Positions 1-11,027 of a stretch of DNA of 33,669 nucleotides are shown here, piece after piece (positions within the stretch are counted from its first letter, which is position 1; each line of letters begins with the position of its first letter). A program made the position numbers and the translations under genes. The notes below the pieces were generated by a model, which saw nothing but the letters and a program-made list of their open reading frames with translations, searched no databases and was not told the origin of the DNA. The stretch is from positions 5,076,224 to 5,109,892 of the forward strand of contig NC_069009.1 in NCBI RefSeq assembly GCF_001194135.2, in the 5' to 3' direction. The DNA comes from Octopus bimaculoides (lineage: Eukaryota).

Positions 1-54
1 TAGCAAAAAAAATTTTGGAAATTTTATTTGCTACCAGTGGTCTAGCAAGATAGG

Positions 55-224
55 ATTCCTTACACTAGAAAGAACAGCAAGGTTCTAGAACCACAAAATT
101 AGGGATAAAATCCCGAAAGGAACGAAATGAGAAAATAAAAATTTTTTTTCATTTCGTTCCTTTCGGGGTTTTATCCCTAATTTTGTGGTTCTAGAACCTT
201 GCTATTCTTTCTAGCGTAAGGAAT
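55..224. repeat. Fold-back (hairpin) element, MITE-like; ~78-bp arms with a short A/T spacer
   Basis: Left arm attccttacactagaaagaacagcaaggttctagaaccacaaaattagggataaaatcccgaaaggaacgaaatga is the reverse complement of tcatttcgttcctttcggggttttatccctaattttgtggttctagaaccttgctattctttctagcgtaaggaat, with about 3-4 mismatches. Confidence 0.85.
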
Positions 225-384
225 GCCATAAGTGGATTCCTCTTATGTGTTTAAATAAACAATGTATCTTATGAGTAATTCATAGTCTTTGGACTAAACT
301 TTTATATGCTAGGCCACTTGGAGGTGAAAATTTTTATTAATTTCCATTTCCCTTCGATATGATTAAGTATTGTATATATATGTA

Positions 385-530
385 TATATTTATGTGCTGT
401 GTCTTTGCTTGACAACCAATGTTGGTGTGTTTACATCCACATAACCCAGTGGTTCAGCAAAAGAGACCAATTGAATAAGTACTAGTCTTACAGAGAATAA
501 ATTGGGGTTTGATAAGGCAGTGCTCCACTA
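385..530 (+). mobile_element. Degenerate 3' half of SINE family 1
   Basis: gcttgacaaccaatgttggtgtgtttacatcc...cagcaaaagagacc...gaataagtactag...ggcagtgctcca matches the 3' half of the copies at 2260-2650 and 28025-28425. Confidence 0.75.
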
Positions 531-696
531 AATATATATACAATGTTAGAAGGCTGATGCTGGGGAATTGTCTGAGATAAAACCTCTCTACAAACTTGTC
601 TTAAAACCACGATATATATTGGAGCAAGATGAATGTCACAGTCGTCACTTATGAGAATCACTCAACAGGCAACTGATTAAATGAAATTCATACTTC

Positions 697-715
697 ATAT
701 ATATATATATATATA

Positions 716-790
<75 letters not shown>
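697..790. repeat. (TA)n(TG)n microsatellite
   Basis: Directly visible. Confidence 0.95.
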
Positions 791-791
<1 letters not shown>

Positions 792-1244
792 CGCACGTGC
801 ATGTGTAAGTAATTAAGTAAGAAAGAAAGAACTTCCCTGTGAAACATTTCAAAGTCTATCTTCAGATGTTTTAACTGAGGAAGGTCTTACATAATGGGTG
901 CATTCCCTATTGTGTATTACATAAAAGCTAAAACACATGTATTAAATGATTTCAAAATAGCATTGTTTGGTTTGATTTCATTATTACATTTTATATATTC
1001 CTATATATATATATATATATATGTACATACATACACATATATACATGCACACGTGTGTGTGTATACACACAGGCAGTGATGTATGTGGGAGTGTGATTGT
1101 ACATGTGCAAATATGAAGTCTTATTTTTGTTTCAGACGTGTCGTGTGTATTTTCATGAACTTAATGATGATTGCCCGTTAGGTGTGTCTGGCACTGTTTG
1201 ATGTCTCAACGTGCTTAATGAATAAAGGTTAAAGACCACATATA

Positions 1245-1330
1245 TAAATATTATACACACACTCAAAATTCCATATATATACACATATATACAAACATAT
1301 GCATATGTGAGCGTATGTATATGCATATAA

Positions 1331-1391
<61 letters not shown>

Positions 1392-1564
1392 CATATGCAT
1401 ATGTGAGCATATGTATATGAGATATATACAATATATGTATGTAGATATATGTATATACATATTTATGTATATATATTCATATATGTGTGTATGTATACAT
1501 ATTTACTTATATATATGTACATGTCTATCAATCTATTGATATCGATAGATAGATAGATAGATAT

Positions 1565-1612
<48 letters not shown>

Positions 1613-1619
1613 GTGGCTG

Positions 1620-1698
<79 letters not shown>

Positions 1699-1703
1699 GG
1701 CTG

Positions 1704-1760
<57 letters not shown>

Positions 1761-1790
1761 GTGGTTGGATAGATAGATAGATAGATAGAT

Positions 1791-1845
<55 letters not shown>
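1245..1845. repeat. Compound microsatellite block: (TA)n, (GATA)n, (TG)n, (TA)n
   Basis: Directly visible. The (GATA)n tract is interrupted three times by gg(tgg)(c/t)tggata, and a ~30-bp direct repeat (aacatatgcatatgtgagc..tatgtatatg) flanks the (TA)n at ~1293 and ~1390. Confidence 0.9.
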
Positions 1846-1846
<1 letters not shown>

Positions 1847-2259
1847 TATTTCTTGTTACACTAAGAAGAGGTACACAATGTCAGAATTTTCAACTCATGT
1901 CAAATATAACAAACCATTCCAAATCATTGTTAGAATATCCACGTAAATGGTGTCTAGACTGGATAGTTTGCAATGACATCAAGTCTTATAAGACATAATA
2001 ACGAAATCAAATGAAGTAGTGATATTTTGAAATCATAATACTTTCAGGCTTGTGTGTCCGTGTGTCCGTGTGTTCATGTGTATATTTATACGTGTTTGTT
2101 ATTGTTATTGCGTTCTCTTTTGTTATTTTTTAAATTTAATTCTGTACAAGTTTTTTTTTATTTGTTTTGACACTGATTTTGCATCTATCACGTGCAATGT
2201 CAAGATAAGGAGACACAAACGTACTCATTTATTCATACATACATACATACATATGCATA

Positions 2260-2650
2260 GGCGTAGGAGTGGCTGTGTGGTAAGTAGCTTGCTTACCAAC
2301 CACATGGTTCCGGGTTCAGTCCCACTGCGTGGCACTTTGGGCAAGTGTCTTCGACTATAGCCTCGGGCCGGCCAAGGCCTTGTGAGTGAATTTGCCAGCT
2401 CGCCGCCTTATTATGTATGTGTATGTGTGTATATGTATGTTTGTGTGTCTGTACTTGTCCCCCCCACCATCGCTTGACAACCGATGCTGGTGTGTTTACG
2501 TCCCCGTAACCTAGCAGTTCGGCAAAAGAGACCGATAGAATAATTACTAGGCTTAGAAAGAATAAGTCCTGGGATCGATTTGCTCGACTAAAGGCGGTGC
2601 TCCAGCATGGCCACAGTCAAATGACTGAAACAAGTAAAAGAGTAAAAGAG
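2260..2650 (+). mobile_element. SINE family 1, near full length (tRNA-like head, internal microsatellite, (taaaagag)n tail)
   Basis: Head ggcgtaggagtggctgtgtggtaag with A-box-like tggctgtgtgg and B-box-like gggttcagtccc; many near-identical copies in the window; short tandem-repeat tail. Confidence 0.9.
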
Positions 2651-3064
2651 GTTGCCATCGACTTATAACCGATTGGCTTTATGACAATTGGCACACCAGC
2701 TCCTAGCAGCAATAATAAACAGACCAGTTGAAATCTAATGGGTTCAATTTCTTGGAAATTAACCTGTCTATGGGTGATGTCAGCTAGCAAACACTTCCCC
2801 TAGGTTTGGTTATCGATAGCCACTGTCGTGGATGACTATCCTGTCGCGGAGACATTGAAGCAACCTCGTATTTGTTTATAAGACGAATGCTTGAGATTAC
2901 AAAATTTTTGACTAATGCCAGTATAATAATAGCATAATACAGAATGCTGTGTGTGACTTTTACCTGAGAATCTACCTTAAGAATGTAAAAATATAAAGCA
3001 AAGCTATGTAGGCCAACTTACAATCAGTTAGTCAGAACCAATTGAGGTCGTAAGTCGACGATAT

Positions 3065-3245
3065 ATCATCACCATCATCATTTAGCATCCTCTTTCCATG
3101 CTGGCATGGGTTGGATAGTTTGAGAAGCAGCTGGCTAGCTAGCAGGGAGCTGTCTGTTGTAGCATGGTTTCTATGGCTGGATGCCCTTCCTAATGTCAAC
3201 CACTTATCAGAGAGTGTGCTGGGTGCCTTTTATGTGCCACCAGCA
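3065..3245 (-). mobile_element. 3' part of a retroposon (SINE/LINE tail family 4) ending in an (ATG)n tail
   Basis: Reverse complement of the copy at 4310-4480: catgctggcatgggttggat vs atccaacccatgccagcatg, and gcatggtttctatggctggatgcccttcctaa vs ttaggaagagcatccagccatagaaaccatg. The catcatcat tract is the tail. Confidence 0.8.
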
Positions 3246-3740
3246 CAGGTGCATTTATGGGGCACCGGCACATTAACCTGCCGCTGGCACAGGTGCCTTT
3301 TAAGTGGCACCAGCACAGGTGCATTTATGGGGCACTGGCACATTAACCTGCCACTGGCACAGGTGCCTTTTAAGTGGCACCAGTACAGGTGCATTTATGG
3401 GGCACTGGCACAGGTGCCTTTTAAGTGGCACCAGCACAGGTGCATTTATGGGGCACTGGCACATTAACCTGCCNNNNNNNNNNGCTGGCACAGGTGCCTT
3501 TTAAGTGGCACCAGCACAGGTGCATTTATGGGGCACTGGCACATTAACCTGCCACTGGCACAGGTGCCTTTTAAGTGGCACCAGCACAGGTGCATTTATG
3601 GGGCATTGGAATGGGTGCATTAACCCGCCACTGGCATAGGTGCCCTTTATGTGCCACCAGCACAGGTGCATTCATGGGGCACTGGCATGGTGTCATTAAC
3701 CCACCACTGGCACAGGTGCCTTTGAAGTGGCACCAGCACC
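3228..3740. repeat. GC-rich minisatellite, 70-bp unit with a 51-bp variant
   Basis: Unit gtgccttttaagtggcaccagcacaggtgcatttatggggcactggcacattaacctgccactggcacag starts at 3293 and 3363; the next start at 3414 marks a unit lacking 19 bp; further copies run to ~3730; 10-N gap at 3474-3483. Confidence 0.92.
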
Positions 3741-3874
3741 TGATGGCCAAGCCTGTATATGTGGAAGATAGTGGTTGTACTTAGTCTGACATGGCTTATC
3801 AAGTACAGCAAATCACCACATCTCCCGATCCCAAAGCCCCTCACAGGTATAAATGTATGCATGGGACTTTGTGC

Positions 3875-4052
3875 CTGTATTTGTTCCCCACCATCGCTTT
3901 GCAACTGGTGTTGGTGTGTTTACATCCTCCATAACAGTTCAGCAAAAGATATCAATCGAATAAATACCAGGTTTGAAACAAATAAACAAATACTGGGGTC
4001 CATTCACTCAGCTAAAAATTCTTCAACGCTGTGCCCCAGCATGGCCGGCCAA
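3875..4052 (+). mobile_element. Diverged SINE 3' half related to family 1
   Basis: ttgttccccaccatcgctttgcaactggtgttggtgtgtttacatcc...cagcaaaagat...ccccagcatggcc is similar to 2450-2620. Confidence 0.7.
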
Positions 4053-4054
4053 TG

Positions 4055-4480
4055 CTGGTGTCATGTAACTTGTGGCTGGTGCTGGTGTCACATAACTGGA
4101 ACCCATGCTGGTGGCATGTAAAAAGCACCTTTCAAGTGTTGAGCCTCGCGGAGGCAAAGTGGCTGAGCTTCTTTTGAGTGTTGGGCCTCACAGAGGGAAT
4201 GACCCCAAGACGTTTGGCATTATGCTGTGCTTGAGAAGAAAACCCATCAAACCGAGCAAAATCGCAGTTGTGGCAGATACCAGTGTCATGCAAATGGCAC
4301 CTGTGCCGGTGACATGTAAAAGCACCCATTACTCTCTCGGAGTGGTTGGCGTTAGGAAGAGCATCCAGCCATAGAAACCATGTCAAATCAGACTGGAGTC
4401 TGGTGCAACCTTCCAGCCCCGGTCAAATCATCCAACCCATGCCAGCATGGATAAGGGACATATAATGATGATGAAGATGT
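4055..4480 (+). mobile_element. Retroposon family 4 copy ending in (ATG)n
   Basis: gagtggttggcgttaggaagagcatccagccatagaaaccatg...atccaacccatgccagcatgga...taatgatgatgaagatg; inverted relative to 3065-3245. Confidence 0.75.
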
Positions 4481-4599
4481 TGACACACACACAGACATAC
4501 AATAATAGCTTTTTTCCTCTTAAAATAATAGCCAGTTGTTCCAAATTTGATTTCTACAAAGGAGATTGGCTGTAGTTGCACATGTCTAATAAACACTAC

Positions 4600-4646
4600 C
4601 TTGCCTTGCAATTCACTTCAGAAGAGGCAAGAGTTGAAACAGCTGG
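4600..4646 (-). CDS. Weak candidate internal exon (PAVSTLASSEVNCKA)
   Basis: Minus strand: ttgttgctcttttacatag acceptor, 47-nt open frame, AG|gtagtg donor (mediocre). No protein recognised. Confidence 0.2.
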
Positions 4647-4739
4647 CTATGTAAAAGAGCAACAATTCAAACATATCTGCTCTGATTATATTACTGTGAT
4701 TTTGTTGATTACTTCAAACTCTCAATCAGAATATATACA

Positions 4740-4792
<53 letters not shown>

Positions 4793-4833
4793 TCTTCTGT
4801 CTCTGTATATAAGAGTATTCCTTTTTTTTTTAT

Positions 4834-5035
4834 TCTTTTACTTGTTTCAGTCATTTTGACTGCGGCCATGCTGGAGCACCGCCTTTAGTCGAGCAAATCG
4901 ACCCCAGGATTTATTCTTTGTAAGCCTGGTACTTATTCTATTGGTCTCTTATGCCGAACTACTAAGTTACAGGGACGTAAACACACCAGCATCGGTTGTC
5001 AAGCAATGTTGGGGGGAGACAAACACACAAACATA
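4834..5035 (-). mobile_element. SINE family 1, 3' half, truncated by an assembly gap
   Basis: cttttacttgtttcagtcattttgactgcggccatgctggagcaccgcctttagtcgagcaaatcgaccccagg is the reverse complement of 2560-2645. Confidence 0.9.
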
Positions 5036-5915
5036 NNNNNNNNNNNNNNNNNNNNNNNNNNNNNNNNNNNNNNNNNNNNNNNNNNNNNNNNNNNNNNNNN
5101 NNNNNNNNNNNNNNNNNNNNNNNNNNNNNNNNNNNNNNNNNNNNNNNNNNNNNNNNNNNNNNNNNNNNNNNNNNNNNNNNNNNNNNNNNNNNNNNNNNNN
5201 NNNNNNNNNNNNNNNNNNNNNNNNNNNNNNNNNNNNNNNNNNNNNNNNNNNNNNNNNNNNNNNNNNNNNNNNNNNNNNNNNNNNNNNNNNNNNNNNNNNN
5301 NNNNNNNNNNNNNNNNNNNNNNNNNNNNNNNNNNNNNNNNNNNNNNNNNNNNNNNNNNNNNNNNNNNNNNNNNNNNNNNNNNNNNNNNNNNNNNNNNNNN
5401 NNNNNNNNNNNNNNNNNNNNNNNNNNNNNNNNNNNNNNNNNNNNNNNNNNNNNNNNNNNNNNNNNNNNNNNNNNNNNNNNNNNNNNNNNNNNNNNNNNNN
5501 NNNNNNNNNNNNNNNNNNNNNNNNNNNNNNNNNNNNNNNNNNNNNNNNNNNNNNNNNNNNNNNNNNNNNNNNNNNNNNNNNNNNNNNNNNNNNNNNNNNN
5601 NNNNNNNNNNNNNNNNNNNNNNNNNNNNNNNNNNNNNNNNNNNNNNNNNNNNNNNNNNNNNNNNNNNNNNNNNNNNNNNNNNNNNNNNNNNNNNNNNNNN
5701 NNNNNNNNNNNNNNNNNNNNNNNNNNNNNNNNNNNNNNNNNNNNNNNNNNNNNNNNNNNNNNNNNNNNNNNNNNNNNNNNNNNNNNNNNNNNNNNNNNNN
5801 NNNNNNNNNNNNNNNNNNNNNNNNNNNNNNNNNNNNNNNNNNNNNNNNNNNNNNNNNNNNNNNNNNNNNNNNNNNNNNNNNNNNNNNNNNNNNNNNNNNN
5901 NNNNNNNNNNNNNNA

Positions 5916-6120
5916 ACACTACAACTATAACCAGCACCACCACCACCACCTCCAACACTACAACTATAACCAGTACCACCACCACCACCACCACAACCAC
6001 CACCATCACTACAACTATAACCAGCACCAGCACCACCACAACCACAACCACCACCACCATCACCTCCAACACTACAACTATAACCACCACAACCACCACC
6101 AACACTACCGCCACCACCAT
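5916..6120. repeat. (CAC/CAA)n trinucleotide array with a recurring actacaactataacca motif
   Basis: Directly visible; it generates the spurious poly-T/H/V ORFs. Confidence 0.85.
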
Positions 6121-6497
6121 TTCTTTCCTAATTTCCAAGACCAAGTCTTGGAGCCTTCCTGAGTCCTGGCTGGCCATTTTTAGCAGCGAGATCTACCTTA
6201 ATTGAGGTTAGGCATGATTTAGAAGCAAAGAGGTCAGTAGAGACTTGAAGGCAGAGAGGAAGGACAGATTGGACGCTACAATTGCCTTGTTGACCCTCGT
6301 TTGTCTCATAAATGACCAACAAGCCAAAATATCCTGCCTTTCTTATCTATATACATCATATATATACACATGCATACATAGATTTACAAACATACGTAGA
6401 TTTACAAACATACATAGATATGAGTGCGTTAGAAAGATTTATAAACATATGGGAGTGTTTGTATGTGTATGTATATGTATGTGTGTGTGTGTGTATG

Positions 6498-6554
<57 letters not shown>

Positions 6555-6642
6555 AGGTAGATAAACAGACAAAGAGATAGATATAGATAGACGTGTGTAT
6601 GTATGTACATATCTAGCTGCCTGTCTCTCTCCTTTACTATAC

Positions 6643-6719
<77 letters not shown>

Positions 6720-7205
6720 NNNNNNNNNNNNNNNNNNNNNNNNNNNNNNNNNNNNNNNNNNNNNNNNNNNNNNNNNNNNNNNNNNNNNNNNNNNNNNNNN
6801 NNNNNNNNNNNNNNNNNNNNNNNNNNNNNNNNNNNNNNNNNNNNNNNNNNNNNNNNNNNNNNNNNNNNNNNNNNNNNNNNNNNNNNNNNNNNNNNNNNNN
6901 NNNNNNNNNNNNNNNNNNNNNNNNNNNNNNNNNNNNNNNNNNNNNNNNNNNNNNNNNNNNNNNNNNNNNNNNNNNNNNNNNNNNNNNNNNNNNNNNNNNN
7001 NNNNNNNNNNNNNNNNNNNNNNNNNNNNNNNNNNNNNNNNNNNNNNNNNNNNNNNNNNNNNNNNNNNNNNNNNNNNNNNNNNNNNNNNNNNNNNNNNNNN
7101 NNNNNNNNNNNNNNNNNNNNNNNNNNNNNNNNNNNNNNNNNNNNNNNNNNNNNNNNNNNNNNNNNNNNNNNNNNNNNNNNNNNNNNNNNNNNNNNNNNNN
7201 NNNNN

Positions 7206-7237
<32 letters not shown>

Positions 7238-7361
7238 TAGATACATAGATACGTGTGCATGTATGTGTATATATATGATTGCATATGACTGTTAAAATGC
7301 AATTAAACAGATGCTTATATAAAGACACACACACACTGAAATATGTATATATATCTGTGTA

Positions 7362-7410
<49 letters not shown>

Positions 7411-7679
7411 ACGTATATGCATGTGTTGTAAATGTTTGTGTGGTTATATCATATATATATATATATATATATGCACATATGTTTGTATGTATGCACACAC
7501 GCACACATCCATCCATTCTTCCATACATGCACACACACACACATATACGTGTGTGTGTGTGTGTGTGTATGTGTATGTATCGTTAAGAAAATTACAGCCA
7601 AGAATCACATATATTATATCTTAAACATGTCTGCTTAAGTATTTAAGTCTTGTAACGATGATAGAAACCAAAGTACTAT

Positions 7680-8960
7680 TAGCGGTGTTGTTGTTGCTGT
7701 TGGTGGTGGTGGTGTTGGCGGTGGCAGTGGTGATTCTGGTGTTAGTCGTGGTTGCGGTGGTGGTGGTTGTGGTGGTGGTTGTGGTGGTGTAAGTTGCAGT
7801 GGTATTGCTGGCGTTGATATTGTTGTTGTTGGTGGTGTTGGTGGTGTTTTGGAAATGTAGCTTTGGAAAACGTTGGTAATAAATCAAAATGAACTATGGC
7901 ACCACATGCTGAGCTTCCATCTCTTGTTGTTGTTGTTGTTGTTATCATTACTGGTGGTGGTGGTGGTGTTGATGATACCTACAGCTGCTATAACTACAAG
8001 TTTCTACCACCACCACCACCACCACCATATCTGTATATCATTTCTACACATTTCTTTCCTCTTCCAATTCTTCACTTATTCTTCATCCTTATTTCTTTGT
8101 CATCAGCCAGTTCTTAGTCTTCTCCTTCCCCTCATTCCCGCTTCATCTTCCAATTCTTCTTCTTCTGCTCCTTCTCATTCTTTTTCCAACTCTTCTTCCA
8201 ATACTTATAATTCTTCCTTTTCTTCAATTCTTTCTTTTCCAGTTCTTCTTCCTCCTCCTCTTCTTCCAATTCTTCTACATCCAGTTTCTCTTCTTTTTCC
8301 AATTCTTCTCCTCCTTCTAATTCTTTATCCAATCCTTCTTCTTCTTCTCCTTCTTCCAATTCTTCTTCTTCTTCTTCTTCTTCTTCCAATTCTTCTTCTT
8401 CTTCTTATTCTTCTTCTTCCAATTCTTCTTCTTCTCCTTCTTCCAATTCTTCTTCTTCCACTTCTATTACTACTACTACTACTACCACCACCACCACCTC
8501 TACCTCTTCTTTTTCCATTCTCCTCCTCCTTTCTTCTTTCATTCTCCTCTTCTCCCTCATTTCCCTTCTTCCCTTCTCTCCCTCCTTCATTCTCTTTCCA
8601 TTGTCCTCTACATCCATCCTCATCTTTCCTTCATTCTTCTCATCCTTTGTTCTCTTTCTCTTCTGCCTCAGCCTTAATTCTCCTCCTCTTCAACCATTTC
8701 ATTTCCTCTCCACCTTTTCCTCCATTCTCTTCTCATATCTTTCCAATTACTGCTACATGTTCTACCCCCAGTACTCTTCCCCTTCAGTATCCCCGCTTCC
8801 CTCATCATCCCCACAACCACCATCATATATATTATCATCATCAACATTGTTACCACCATCATCATCATGACTACCGCCATCACCTCCACCACTACAACCA
8901 TCTTCATCATTACTCTACCACCATCACCACCACTACCATCATCATCACCATCACATCAGA
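7680..8960. repeat. Trinucleotide and pyrimidine-rich low-complexity block: (GTG/GTT)n, (CAC)n, (CTT)n with a recurring ccaatt, (CAT)n
   Basis: Directly visible; source of the 378-aa low-complexity ORF and the poly-E ORFs. Confidence 0.85.
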
Positions 8961-9123
8961 TCACCTTCCTCTAGTTACGGAAATAAAAATAAAACAAAAA
9001 AACTTTTAACCCCTTCCGCCTGCCAATTTAAAGTAACCCGAGCTTGTTATCGACACTATTTTATTTCCCCTTTTTGCGGTTCGTTCATTATAACACTTTT
9101 TTACGCTTAGCTGCATTCATTTC

Positions 9124-9190
9124 GATTGGTCGACAGAAAAAGTGGTTAACCAATAAATTTATGCCTTGCAGGCATCTATCGACCAATCAG
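9124..9190. promoter_or_regulatory. Cluster of three CCAAT (NF-Y-type) boxes in a CpG-containing unique island
   Basis: gattggtcga (9124-9133) and tcgaccaatc (9179-9188) are exact reverse complements; a third ccaat lies at 9150-9154. Confidence 0.3.
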
Positions 9191-9304
9191 ATTTGCTTGC
9201 CTATTTCCAGTAATATTATTAGAGTTCAGTCTTTCGTGAAAAGACTAAATCGAATTTATTTCAAAGACAATATGTAACTATCTTGTAGGAATAGGAACTG
9301 ATAT

Positions 9305-9664
9305 ATATGTCTGTCTGTTTGTCTGTCTATTTGTGCATCTGTCTGTCTATATCTGACTATCTATTTAGTTTGTGGTCAATCTATATATATATTTACCTAT
9401 CAGCTTGTCTCACTGTTTGTCTGTCTAACTGTCCATTCATCTGTGTCTATATTTGGTTGTTTCTCTATCTGTTGATCTATCTATCTATTTATATATCTAC
9501 CTATCTATTTATCTCTCTGTTTGTCAGTCTGTCTTTATTTCTTTTTCAGTTTATCTATCTTTCTATGGCTGTCTATCCAATCATCCATCTATCTATCTAT
9601 CAGCTGTGTCTGTCTACCTGTCACTCCATCTGTCTGCTTGCCTGTCTATTAGTTTATCTGTGTT

Positions 9665-9698
<34 letters not shown>

Positions 9699-9840
9699 CT
9701 GCTATCTATCTCTGACTCTCTCTCTCTCTCTGTTTAGTCTACCAACTTGTCTATGTCTGTGTCTCTCTATCTATGCATCTAGCTAGCTAGCTAGCTATCT
9801 GTTTACATGTCATGATGTCTATCTATCTATCTGTCTATCT
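9305..9840. repeat. Degenerate (TATC/TGTC)n microsatellite
   Basis: Directly visible; it continues after the SINE up to the gap at 10171. Confidence 0.9.
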
Positions 9841-10066
9841 TATTTCTTTATTGCCCACAAGGAGCTAAACATAGAGGGGACAAACAAGGACAGACAAAGG
9901 GATTAAGTCGATTATATCGACCCCAGTGTGTAACTGGTACTTATTTAACCGACCCTGAAAGGATGAAAGGCAAAGTTGACCTCGGCGGAATTTGAACTCA
10001 GAACGTAAAGACAGACGAAATACCACTAAGCATTTTGCCCGGTGTGTTAACGTTTTTGCCGCCTTA
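9841..10066 (-). mobile_element. SINE family 2, full length (tRNA-like head, conserved central domain)
   Basis: Reverse strand reads taaggcggcaaaaacgttaacacaccgggcaaaatgcttagtggtatttcg...gagttcaaattccgccgagg (B-box-like) ...gcctttcatcctttcagggtcggttaaataagtaccag...gggcaataaagaaataag; fragments of the same family occur elsewhere in the window. Confidence 0.85.
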
Positions 10067-10131
10067 ATCTAGCTATCTGTTTACATGTCATGATTTCTGT
10101 CTGTCTGTCTGTCTATCTATCTCTCTGTCTG

Positions 10132-10166
<35 letters not shown>

Positions 10167-11027
10167 GTCTNNNNNNNNNNNNNNNNNNNNNNNNNNNNNN
10201 NNNNNNNNNNNNNNNNNNNNNNNNNNNNNNNNNNNNNNNNNNNNNNNNNNNNNNNNNNNNNNNNNNNNNNNNNNNNNNNNNNNNNNNNNNNNNNNNNNNN
10301 NNNNNNNNNNNNNNNNNNNNNNNNNNNNNNNNNNNNNNNNNNNNNNNNNNNNNNNNNNNNNNNNNNNNNNNNNNNNNNNNNNNNNNNNNNNNNNNNNNNN
10401 NNNNNNNNNNNNNNNNNNNNNNNNNNNNNNNNNNNNNNNNNNNNNNNNNNNNNNNNNNNNNNNNNNNNNNNNNNNNNNNNNNNNNNNNNNNNNNNNNNNN
10501 NNNNNNNNNNNNNNNNNNNNNNNNNNNNNNNNNNNNNNNNNNNNNNNNNNNNNNNNNNNNNNNNNNNNNNNNNNNNNNNNNNNNNNNNNNNNNNNNNNNN
10601 NNNNNNNNNNNNNNNNNNNNNNNNNNNNNNNNNNNNNNNNNNNNNNNNNNNNNNNNNNNNNNNNNNNNNNNNNNNNNNNNNNNNNNNNNNNNNNNNNNNN
10701 NNNNNNNNNNNNNNNNNNNNNNNNNNNNNNNNNNNNNNNNNNNNNNNNNNNNNNNNNNNNNNNNNNNNNNNNNNNNNNNNNNNNNNNNNNNNNNNNNNNN
10801 NNNNNNNNNNNNNNNNNNNNNNNNNNNNNNNNNNNTATATATGTTAATTAGTTTGTTGCTGTGTTGAGTAAAGCACTAGCATGGTTTAGGCTACCTGATG
10901 TCATCCACAGTTATGGTATATTTCCGTTGGATCTACTTCAGGAATTCCACAGTGTTAGTTGAGATAATAATCGATTAAGTAAACAGAAGATGGAATCGGT
11001 ATAAGTTTTAATTTTGTGTGGCGATCA

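Noticed and set aside
540-1200. Short open frames with AG/GT borders (e.g. 1136-1181 +, TCRVYFHELNDDCPL; ~891-927 -, FYVIHNRECTHY)
   Set aside because: Length and signal strength are within chance expectation and the phases are incompatible with the other candidates.
2260-2340. tRNA gene calls at SINE heads (also 14714, 14952 and 10066)
   Set aside because: A and B boxes are present, but there is no complete cloverleaf and each continues into a SINE body.
3228-3740. CRISPR-like or other prokaryotic array interpretation
   Set aside because: The repeats are contiguous with no unique spacers, there are no cas genes, and the context is eukaryotic.
3111-3784. Cys/His/Trp-rich repetitive ORFs over the minisatellite
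   Set aside because: The 70-bp unit is not a multiple of 3 and ORFs appear on both strands; this is a repeat artefact.
6121-6330. Unique GC-balanced stretch with possible short exons on either strand
   Set aside because: Several mutually exclusive splice readings, none compelling, and no recognisable peptide.
7873-9009. 378-aa ORF
   Set aside because: Entirely trinucleotide low-complexity sequence, which is stop-free by composition.
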